Below, one piece after another: positions 26,629-33,968 of a DNA stretch of 45,771 nt. Below the pieces are notes generated by a model, which had not been told where the DNA came from, searched no databases, and saw only the letters and a list, made by a program, of their open reading frames with translations. The position numbers and the translations under genes are program-made. How positions within the stretch are numbered: position 1 is the first letter of the stretch; every line of letters begins with the position of its first letter. Source of the DNA: a virus; the IMG/VR virus record IMGVR_UViG_3300006114_000017, positions 1 through 45,771 of that record; one strand, given 5' to 3'.

Positions 26629-27406
26629 TTAGATACTCGTCTACAGTCTTGAATTTGTAGTCACCCCACTCTGGCTTAGCACAGGTATACGTCTGATACT
26701 TGCCAACCAGGTGTTCTGGGAACGGTACATATTCTATAGCACCGTTATAAAGGTATGCAACTGACTCAGCAACGTCTTTAAAGCTAATTGGGTTGCTTGT
26801 GCCAAGATCATAGATGCCAGAAGGCTTATCGTTGTTGAGAACGATTTCAACAAGGTCATCAACGCAGACAAAGTCTCTCTTGAAGTTCTCTGAGCCTTCA
26901 AACAGCTTTAGAGAGCCTGTCTCTTTAATTTGGGCTGAGAACTTGCTAACAGGGCTTGCCTGGTCACCTTTACGGCCTTCATAATCACCATATACGTTGA
27001 AGTAACGAAAACCTTGGATAAGAGAGAACTTATCCATGTTATCTTGCACCCAGTAGTCAACTGTCAGCTTTGACATAGCATATTGGTTCTTAGGGTTAGG
27101 AATACCCTGCAAATCGCCATAAACGGAAGCAGAAGAAGCATACTTAACAGGGATACCAAAAGAGATAGCAATCTCAAAGAGGTCTATCGTGTATTCAACG
27201 TTCCAGGCATACAGTTTCTTAACATCCTTTTCAGTAGTGCTGGAGATAGCACCCTGGTGCAAAATAAGATCAACTTTATCCCATTCTTTAAAGTTATAAA
27301 GGAAGTGATAAGCATCTTCTTTATCAATAGGCAATAAAGGCTTGTTAGAAAGAACCTTGCTAAAGTTTCTACCAATGAAACCTTCTGAACCAGTCAAAAT
27401 GATCAT
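26621..27406 (-). CDS. hldD: ADP-L-glycero-D-manno-heptose 6-epimerase (HldD/RfaD-like SDR)
   Basis: [14 protein letters not shown]... shows the N-terminal Rossmann motif. [27 protein letters not shown] and [20 protein letters not shown] are near-identical to conserved HldD segments ([50 protein letters not shown]). Confidence 0.8.
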   Translation of the reverse strand: [261 protein letters not shown]

Positions 27407-28131
27407 ATCGTTGTAACCCCTCTATGCTTTACCACTTCAGAAGCGCATTTATTAGCATACTCAATGCTTTTGATGATATTGCCGCAATTAGCATACTCAA
27501 CGACAAGTGCTGCCATGAAAGCATCGCCTGCACCTGAGGAGTCCTTGACTTCTACCTTGTCAACGTGATAACGGTTACCGTTGTACTCGCAACCATCTCC
27601 ACCCATCGTATGGATGATCTTCTTCTTGAAAGATTCTGTAACTTTGGGGTCAGAGTTCTTGTATTCGTAATCGTTGATCTTAATGATGAAAGCCTTTTTG
27701 GCCCACTTCCCTAGCTTCTTCTTAGTATCGAGGAATACACGTGGGTGTGACTTACAAATATCTTTGATGTCGTCTTCTGTTAGATAACCTTTGTTATAGT
27801 CAGAAATAACTACAATGTCATATTCGCTGTAATCGATATCGTTTTTAAACCTACCATAGTTTGGCTCTGTATCGACTCTAATAAACATGTGGTTAGTTGC
27901 TTCATGAACGTATCTTGTCTTAGTAATAGACCGCCAATTATGGTTGGTTCTAATGTTGACGTCATCCGCAAACTTTTTGATGTTGTTTAACACGTTCAGT
28001 GCCATACCAGGATTCTTTACCTCATGCATGGCGTTTAGCACAGGTACTGGAATATCGGGTGCAAGACGCATTGCATCACAATAAACAAATACGTCCATGC
28101 AACTTTCACCTATTACTAAAATTTTAGTCAT
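27403..28131 (-). CDS. hldA: D-beta-D-heptose-7-phosphate 1-kinase (HldA / HldE domain I-like, PfkB ribokinase family)
   Basis: ILVIGESCMDVFVY matches VMVVGDVMLDRYWY. PVPVLNAM...NPGMALNVLNNIKKF matches PVPVVKV...RPGGAANVAMNIASLG. PfkB signature GAGDAFMAAL...ANKCASEVV matches GAGDTVIGVL...ANAAAGVVV. Confidence 0.7.
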   Translation of the reverse strand: MTKILVIGESCMDVFVYCDAMRLAPDIPVPVLNAMHEVKNPGMALNVLNNIKKFADDVNIRTNHNWRSITKTRYVHEATNHMFIRVDTEPNYGRFKNDIDYSEYDIVVISDYNKGYLTEDDIKDICKSHPRVFLDTKKKLGKWAKKAFIIKINDYEYKNSDPKVTESFKKKIIHTMGGDGCEYNGNRYHVDKVEVKDSSGAGDAFMAALVVEYANCGNIIKSIEYANKCASEVVKHRGVTTI

Positions 28132-28613
28132 TAGAAAATAGGTAAGCCATCTTTTTTAAGATAGATCATGGCAGGGGCCTTGATCAAATATGCATCAATC
28201 ATAGCCTTTTCTGTAGCTTCACGGCTAGTAGGAAAGTAACTTTGTACATTTTTGAATACCGTAGCTAAGCGTTCAGGGTTGAGCGGACGGTGAGTAGGAC
28301 CATGCGTTGGATAATCAGAATAACCAACCAACATAACAGGCAAGTTTTGTTCATCAATATCAATTTTGACTTGCTCATAAGGTCGTTCGATTACAAAAGG
28401 AGTAATTGAATAAACTACTGGACGAAACCCATCGATAGCAAGACCAGCAGCCAAGCTAGTAATTGATTGCTCAGTGAGACCAAGGTTGAAGAACCGTTCA
28501 GGAAACTTTTCTTTGAACTCAGTCATCTCTTGCTCTACGTCGCCTGTAATCAATACGATGCGATCATCTTTTTCAGCGAGCTTAACGATTGTCTTACCGA
28601 ATGCTACTCTCAT
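28131..28613 (-). CDS. Transketolase C-terminal (pyrimidine-binding, Pyr-domain) subunit. Short, about 160 aa.
   Basis: GLTEQSITSLAAGLAIDGFRPVV...F matches the transketolase/DXS Pyr-domain consensus. Start moved to ATG 28613 (MRVAFGK), which forms an ATGA overlap with the upstream subunit stop. The typical C-terminal domain appears absent. Confidence 0.55.
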   Translation of the reverse strand: MRVAFGKTIVKLAEKDDRIVLITGDVEQEMTEFKEKFPERFFNLGLTEQSITSLAAGLAIDGFRPVVYSITPFVIERPYEQVKIDIDEQNLPVMLVGYSDYPTHGPTHRPLNPERLATVFKNVQSYFPTSREATEKAMIDAYLIKAPAMIYLKKDGLPIF

Positions 28614-29335
28614 GCCAGTTCCTCCAATGCTTGCTTTTCTAGGTCTCCACCTAGCCAATTTGAGTGCCATTTAGGTTGGTTTTCCATAAAGCTTACACCC
28701 TTACCCTTGATTGTGTTTGCAACAATCAAAGTAGGAGATACTGCAGCTTCAAAATTGATGTTGATAAGATCATCGTTGTGACCATCAATTTCATGCACTT
28801 CCCAACCAGCAGCTTGTGCAGCAGCAATAAGAGCACGGTCTACGGGCATGATTTCGTCAACGTACCCAGAACCCTGGATCTTATTGTTATCTACGATAAC
28901 AACCAAGTTATTGAGCTTTAGGCGTGCAGCAATAAGAATTGATTCCCAAGTAGTGCCTTCTTGGCATTCGCCATCACCCATAAGAACAAACACTTTTTCA
29001 TTTGAGTTGTTGAGCTTACGAGCAAGAGCCATCCCCATAGACACTGGGAAACCATGTCCCATGCTACCTGCGGTGCAATAAATGCCATTCTCAGGCTCAT
29101 AATGAGGGTGACCTTCAAGGGTGGGGTTATAACCTTGTTCACGCAAAAGCACATAGTATGACCAGCAGCTGTGCCCCTTGCTCAAAACAAAACGGTCATT
29201 CTTTCCCATGATTTTATCAAAAAGATTGATCAGAATTTCAGTACAACTAAAGCTACCGCCATAATGATAACCACCATTAGCTTTGCTAATCTCAATAGCA
29301 TCTCTGCGTACTTGCTTTGATCTTTCGTTTAACAT
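28610..29335 (-). CDS. Transketolase N-terminal (thiamine-diphosphate-binding) subunit
   Basis: GHSCWSYY, GSMGHGFPVSMGMALA, GDGECQEGTTWESILIAARLKLNNLVVIVDNNKIQ (the TPP-binding GDG-x25-N motif) and KGKG are present. ORF-tool start is TTG 29362. The ATG at 29335 overlaps the upstream stop (TAATG). Confidence 0.65.
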   Translation of the reverse strand: MLNERSKQVRRDAIEISKANGGYHYGGSFSCTEILINLFDKIMGKNDRFVLSKGHSCWSYYVLLREQGYNPTLEGHPHYEPENGIYCTAGSMGHGFPVSMGMALARKLNNSNEKVFVLMGDGECQEGTTWESILIAARLKLNNLVVIVDNNKIQGSGYVDEIMPVDRALIAAAQAAGWEVHEIDGHNDDLININFEAAVSPTLIVANTIKGKGVSFMENQPKWHSNWLGGDLEKQALEELA

Positions 29336-29901
29336 TAATTGGCCTTTCCAGATAGATTGCAAATTAGAATTTTTTTATCTTCATCGTAATCAAACTCACA
29401 TGCGTTGTCATACTCTTTAATATAGTTAATTAATTTTTGCTTTGTAGTTTCTTCATCACCAAAATCAAGAGCCATACCACTAGAAGAATCACCAAGCAGA
29501 TCAATATCATCAATCAGAATAGTGTGAGCTTTGCGAGGGCGAGCAAAGATTACGTTTAACTCATCCATCAAAGGAACTGCTGGGTGTTCTACATTCGGGT
29601 CACCGCTTGCGCTGTGAGCATCGAGCCAGAAATCTAGCGGGACATCATAAGGCTCAATCATCTCTGATAATTTTTCTTTTGAGTCGCCTAGAAATAACAC
29701 TACTCTGTTGTCATTATCAAACTTGCTACAACAATTATCGTAGAAAGATTTATTGAACTCAACAGTTATAACCTTTTCATAACCAAGACCAAGTGCTATT
29801 TCTACTGTATAGCCATGTTGTGTACCAGTTTCTACAAAGATATTATTTCTCTTATATTTAGAGAACATCAATGTCATTGCTTCTGTGCTTCTATCTGCCA
29901 T
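29335..29901 (-). CDS. Putative class I SAM-dependent methyltransferase (188 aa). Sugar O-methyltransferase is a candidate function.
   Basis: Gly-rich motif-I-like VETGTQHGYTVEIA is followed by an acidic residue at the end of beta-2 (EKVITVEF). No SIS motif is present, so it is not GmhA. Family assignment is tentative. Confidence 0.3.
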   Translation of the reverse strand: MADRSTEAMTLMFSKYKRNNIFVETGTQHGYTVEIALGLGYEKVITVEFNKSFYDNCCSKFDNDNRVVLFLGDSKEKLSEMIEPYDVPLDFWLDAHSASGDPNVEHPAVPLMDELNVIFARPRKAHTILIDDIDLLGDSSSGMALDFGDEETTKQKLINYIKEYDNACEFDYDEDKKILICNLSGKAN

Positions 29902-30911
29902 TATTCCATCTCAATCATTATTCTACCGGCAATGCCGCTTCTAAGTGTATCAAATGCTTCATTTACTTCGTCAAGTTTATATCTGTGAGTAATGAACTCA
30001 TCAATATAAAGCTTCCCAGCCTTCTCGAGCTTAACATAACGCAAGATATCGTTAGAAGGATCTGTCTTGCCACCCTGGGTAGCCTTGATACTAAGACCAT
30101 TACCATTAAAGAAGCTGAGTGCATTGACGATTTCAAGTGACGTTCCTGGCTTGGGTTGACCCACAAGAATCATTCGGCCATTGTTAGATAGATAGCCAAA
30201 GCTCTTCTTAATAACATCGACGTTTCCAGTCGTATCAATAACAACGTCTACTTTACCTTCAAACTCTGTTTCTGAAGTGTTGTAAAAGAAGTCAGCACCA
30301 GCCATGAATGAAAGGTCGCGCTTGCTTTCATTGTTGTCAATAGCAACAATTGGGCTAAGGCTACGCATAGCTGCACCTTGGATGAGGTTAAGCCCTACAC
30401 CACCCGTACCGACAACTGCAACGCTTTCACCAAACTTAAAATCGCACTCATTGTCGATAATACCTAGTGCGGTAGTCAAACTGCATCCAAGGAGCGCAGC
30501 GAGGTCATTAGGGGTCTCTGAAGGGACTGTAGTGAGTCGGTTCTCTGACACGATAGCCCACTGAGCAAGAGTATTTACCTTGCCACTACTAAAAGTCTTG
30601 TCACCAAGGGTGTACTGAGGAAACGCAGCATCGATACCAGTACCTGGTCGCCAGTGCATAACAACCTTGTCACCTACTTTAACAGTGGTTACTCCAGGGC
30701 CAATGTCTTCTACAATGCCACAACCCTCATGACCCATAAGGTGAGGAAGGAACTTGCCATTACCCTTGTTGCCATTGATCTCGTGTAGTTGTGAGCCACA
30801 GATACCGCTGACAAGGACACGAACCTGTACTTGACCCACTTGGAGCTCAGTAAGGCCAACATCTTCAATAGAAAGAGGAGCGTTGAGCTCTTTGAGAACG
30901 GCAGCCTTCAT
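29901..30911 (-). CDS. Zinc-dependent medium-chain alcohol/polyol dehydrogenase (MDR family)
   Basis: GHEGCG catalytic-zinc motif, GxGxxG NAD-binding motif (VVGTGGVGL), and the ~335 aa length typical of threonine/sorbitol dehydrogenase-like MDRs. Confidence 0.65.
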   Translation of the reverse strand: MKAAVLKELNAPLSIEDVGLTELQVGQVQVRVLVSGICGSQLHEINGNKGNGKFLPHLMGHEGCGIVEDIGPGVTTVKVGDKVVMHWRPGTGIDAAFPQYTLGDKTFSSGKVNTLAQWAIVSENRLTTVPSETPNDLAALLGCSLTTALGIIDNECDFKFGESVAVVGTGGVGLNLIQGAAMRSLSPIVAIDNNESKRDLSFMAGADFFYNTSETEFEGKVDVVIDTTGNVDVIKKSFGYLSNNGRMILVGQPKPGTSLEIVNALSFFNGNGLSIKATQGGKTDPSNDILRYVKLEKAGKLYIDEFITHRYKLDEVNEAFDTLRSGIAGRIMIEME

Positions 30912-31759
30912 TAGATCAACTCGTACAATGACTTGACGGTGCTGAACTTCTTATTGATGTCAAATGTTCTAGCCATATCACGGTAAGGAACATTTGTATT
31001 AACTCGGTCAAGCAGAGAGATGAACTCACCAACCGTTTCCATGCTCCACTTGTTAACAGCAGCAATGAAAGGTGCATTTGGTACGCCAACAACTGCCTTA
31101 CAACGCTTAGCTAGCTTACCAATATCAACCAAAGTCAAATTGTGATCTTGAGTGCTGCGGTAGCCTTCCACCTTGACAGTAGTAATGACTTTCTTACCCT
31201 CATCGGTCAAGTATTGCAGCAATGCAGCAAAGTTCTTGTCTTGTTCTTCTCTAGACATAAGAAGGACTGGGCTAACAGGGTATCCATTAATTACTAGGCA
31301 GTCAAACTCTTCGCCATCGAGTACATCCTCGGCAAAGCACTCTTCATCAAGTACAACATCATCAATAGAGTTGAATGGCTTGTTTAGGTGAGGCAAGTTG
31401 TACTGGTGCAGGTAGTTACCCATTTCATATACCCACATTGAGTAGCTGCTAAGGGTGTTGTCCTGCTTCGAGTAGTGGATAGGATCATAAATGCTATCGC
31501 CAAGCAAAGCGTGGCACCACAAGTCAATTGAATAACGTGGGTGTGGTGCATCAATAAAGCTTACGTTTGTATCTTGGATCAGCTCAACAAGTTGAGAACG
31601 ATACTGAGCAGGAATTAAGATGTTGCATTTAATTTGTTTGTTGTTTTCACACAACTTCTTCAAAACATGCAATGCAACAATGCAATCACCATGGCCTTTA
31701 TCACAATGGAAGTAAAGGTCGTTAGTCATTAACATATCTAAGTTAATTGATTTATTCAT
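30911..31759 (-). CDS. Putative GT9-family (heptosyltransferase-like) glycosyltransferase
   Basis: N-terminus ...GHGDCIVALHVLKKL resembles the GT9 N-terminus (xSSLGDVIhTLPAL). C-terminal ...LTLVDIGKLAKRCKAVVGVPNAPFIAAVN resembles GT9 ...LxELAALIxxAxLxIGNDSGPMHLAAA. The start is uncertain: the ORF-tool GTG at 31795 overlaps tRNA-Asp. The first ATG (31759) lies 3 nt from the tRNA 3' end, and later ATGs lie at ~31735 and ~31729. Confidence 0.45.
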   Translation of the reverse strand: MNKSINLDMLMTNDLYFHCDKGHGDCIVALHVLKKLCENNKQIKCNILIPAQYRSQLVELIQDTNVSFIDAPHPRYSIDLWCHALLGDSIYDPIHYSKQDNTLSSYSMWVYEMGNYLHQYNLPHLNKPFNSIDDVVLDEECFAEDVLDGEEFDCLVINGYPVSPVLLMSREEQDKNFAALLQYLTDEGKKVITTVKVEGYRSTQDHNLTLVDIGKLAKRCKAVVGVPNAPFIAAVNKWSMETVGEFISLLDRVNTNVPYRDMARTFDINKKFSTVKSLYELI

Positions 31760-31761
31760 AG

Positions 31762-31835
31762 CGACCTTGATGGGACTCGAACCCACGACCCCCACCGTGA
31801 CAGGGTGGTGCTCTAACCAACTGAGCTACAAGGCC
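31762..31835 (-). tRNA. tRNA-Asp (anticodon GTC)
   Basis: 5'-GGCCTTGTAGCTCAGTTGGTTAGAGCACCACCCTGTCACGGTGGGGGTCGTGGGTTCGAGTCCCATCAAGGTCG. Anticodon stem CCACC/GGTGG with loop CTGTCAC. T-arm GTGGG-TTCGAGT-CCCAT. Confidence 0.7.
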
Positions 31836-31844
31836 TAAACTGCG

Positions 31845-32159
31845 TTACTTCTTAGGCGTAGCCTTCTTGACAGCAGGAGCCTTCTTAGCAACGGGTGCTG
31901 GCGTAGGTTCTACGACAACAGCAGCAGTCTTAGGCTGAGGAAGGGTACCAAGCAACCAACCAAGATTGGGGTACTTCTTCTCCAAGGCAGTGATAGCCGT
32001 GTAGTACAGGCCAGAAGCGACAGGTGTCAACGCAGCGAACGTACCGGTGTTGAACTTACCCCACTTGGTTGCACCCCAAGCGATAAGAGCACCAACGATA
32101 GCAGCAACAAAGGCACGGCCTATAGCTCTAGTTGTTGTTGTGTTAATTGGATCTGACAT
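31845..32159 (-). CDS. Small membrane protein, holin-like (104 aa; two hydrophobic segments, Lys-rich C-terminus)
   Basis: FVAAIVGALIAWGA and FAALTPVASGLYYTAITAL segments, with a C-terminus ...KKAPAVKKATPKK. Sits two genes downstream of a peptidoglycan-peptidase-like gene. The holin call is from topology and context only. Confidence 0.35.
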   Translation of the reverse strand: MSDPINTTTTRAIGRAFVAAIVGALIAWGATKWGKFNTGTFAALTPVASGLYYTAITALEKKYPNLGWLLGTLPQPKTAAVVVEPTPAPVAKKAPAVKKATPKK

Positions 32160-32330
32160 TATTTATTCTCCTTGTTGTTTTGGAACTTCACCGACACCTG
32201 TACGCCATTAACTTGGGTTCGCAAGCTATTCAAAAGACCAGCCATTGTTTCACTGATTTCTTGGCTTGCAAGCTCATCGCTCTGAGCGTCACGAGGGTCA
32301 TAACTGATTGTAATGACTGCTTTTTTCATA
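32160..32330 (-). CDS. Possible 56-aa hydrophilic protein, translationally coupled (TAATG) to the holin-like gene
   Basis: Hand-translated minus-strand ORF MKKAVITISYDPRDAQSDELASQEISETMAGLLNSLRTQVNGVQVSVKFQNNKENK. It is below the 60-aa cutoff of the ORF track. A promoter-like TTGATT-N17-TATCAT lies in the 41-nt gap upstream. Confidence 0.25.
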
Positions 32331-32371
32331 ACTTTATGATATATGCAATATTTGCATAAATCAAGCTATTA

Positions 32372-32920
32372 TCAATTATTTGGCAATTCTGTCAAAATAT
32401 TGAAAGAAGCAGCAAGATCAGCTGGCATCATTTGGTAAGGGTTGCGGTCGAATACAATGCCGCCTGCCCACAAGGATTGTGCTACTACGGCACTACAAAT
32501 CATGGTGTTGCTATTTGTGAACTGCATCTTAATACCAGTCAGCAACTCCAAGGCAATACTCAAGATGGTTAGGAAACCATACTTATCCTTAATGAAGCTC
32601 TTGCAAGCAGAAACCGTTTGATCACGGCTTTGCTTGTTAAGCTTTGTTGTAACGTAGTAATACTCTACGTCTTTGTATTCACTAATGTTGCTTACGATAA
32701 CACCACGGCCAACAGCCTCAACGATGGTTCCACCTTCATCGATGATCATAGCTGCATGGTTCCAATGAGCAAAAGGCTTCATCTTTCCGTGGTAACGGAT
32801 GAATTGACCAAAACGAATGAACTTAGCTAGAATGCCCTTAGATGAAACCAGGATGAAGTCACCTGGTACATACTTTGTTGGGTCTTGTCCTGCGGCATAT
32901 ACCTTATATGTCGTAGTCAT
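32372..32920 (-). CDS. Permuted NlpC/P60 (YaeF/YiiX-like) papain-fold peptidase. Candidate endolysin or peptidoglycan endopeptidase.
   Basis: The His motif HWNHAAMII precedes the Cys motif NTMICSAVVAQS. This is the circularly permuted His-then-Cys order seen in the YaeF/LRAT branch. Assigned from the motif pattern only. Confidence 0.35.
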   Translation of the reverse strand: MTTTYKVYAAGQDPTKYVPGDFILVSSKGILAKFIRFGQFIRYHGKMKPFAHWNHAAMIIDEGGTIVEAVGRGVIVSNISEYKDVEYYYVTTKLNKQSRDQTVSACKSFIKDKYGFLTILSIALELLTGIKMQFTNSNTMICSAVVAQSLWAGGIVFDRNPYQMMPADLAASFNILTELPNN

Positions 32921-33965
32921 CTACATCACCTTCATATCCATATGTTTCATTCAAACCAAAGTGATTACTGGCGAACCAGCCCTCTACTGCACCACCATCT
33001 GGCACAGACTGACCACCACCACGTGCTTGTGGCAGGTCAACAGCACTTTCAACGTCTTCTTCGATTGGCTCATCTACAGTTCTGCTACCAACGGCAATGT
33101 TCCCGAATGGAGCAGCTGAAGCATCGCTTTTGACTCGCTCAGTACCCAAATCTGTACCTTGTTCGTTCCCAGGTTGCGTTACGTACCAGCTAGCACCACT
33201 AATTGGAGCTCCACCACCAATACCAGTAGCTGGAGTGGCTTCTTGGTGAAGCCCACCGTCTCGAGGAGCATCATTGACACTCTGGAACTCGTTTGGTCGG
33301 TTAAGAGTGAAAGCACCACCAGTATCGCTGTCAATAGCAACGATCTTGAAACCCATAAACAGTTTTGGGTGATTCTTAGCTGGTGCACCACCGTCTAGAG
33401 GGGTAGCTCCATCACTATCCATGTCAGTAATGTCACTTGGGGTGTCTTCGTCAACAGGTTGGCTTTCTTCAGCACCTGGACCATAGACAGTTGGCAAGAT
33501 TTCACTGGTTGGGTCAGCGTAGTGTACGCTAGCATGCCAACCAAGCGATCCGTCTTCATTAGGACCGATCGTGTATTGTGGATCGTGGTCTAGTGGTACG
33601 TTAAGCTTCTCATCAACACCAGAATCACTGCCGTGTGGCCCCCAGGCGCCTACGGTGCCCTCATTCTCTTTGCCAGCCTTAGGTAAACGGATGATTTGTA
33701 TCTTACGGATGGCATCAGCAGCAGTTACGCTCTCTACGAACTGGTTCCAGAGAATCTTGTCTCTTGCCATCGTAGCTGAAAGGTTATCACCAAGTTGAAG
33801 AGATAGGATAAACCCATCATCCATCAAAGTAACTTCAGGATCAGCAAAGTATCCTTCGAACTGCGACATGATTGAACGAACGACTGCGTCCTTGTTATAT
33901 TCTGAGACATAACGGTTAAAGACGCAGCGAAAGTTCTTGCGCTGAGGAGTATTTGCAGATGCCAT
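32904..33965 (-). CDS. Hypothetical acidic Gly/Asp-rich protein (353 aa)
   Basis: ORF track. Co-directional and tightly packed. Confidence 0.45.
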   Translation of the reverse strand: MASANTPQRKNFRCVFNRYVSEYNKDAVVRSIMSQFEGYFADPEVTLMDDGFILSLQLGDNLSATMARDKILWNQFVESVTAADAIRKIQIIRLPKAGKENEGTVGAWGPHGSDSGVDEKLNVPLDHDPQYTIGPNEDGSLGWHASVHYADPTSEILPTVYGPGAEESQPVDEDTPSDITDMDSDGATPLDGGAPAKNHPKLFMGFKIVAIDSDTGGAFTLNRPNEFQSVNDAPRDGGLHQEATPATGIGGGAPISGASWYVTQPGNEQGTDLGTERVKSDASAAPFGNIAVGSRTVDEPIEEDVESAVDLPQARGGGQSVPDGGAVEGWFASNHFGLNETYGYEGDVDDYDI

Positions 33966-33968
33966 ATA

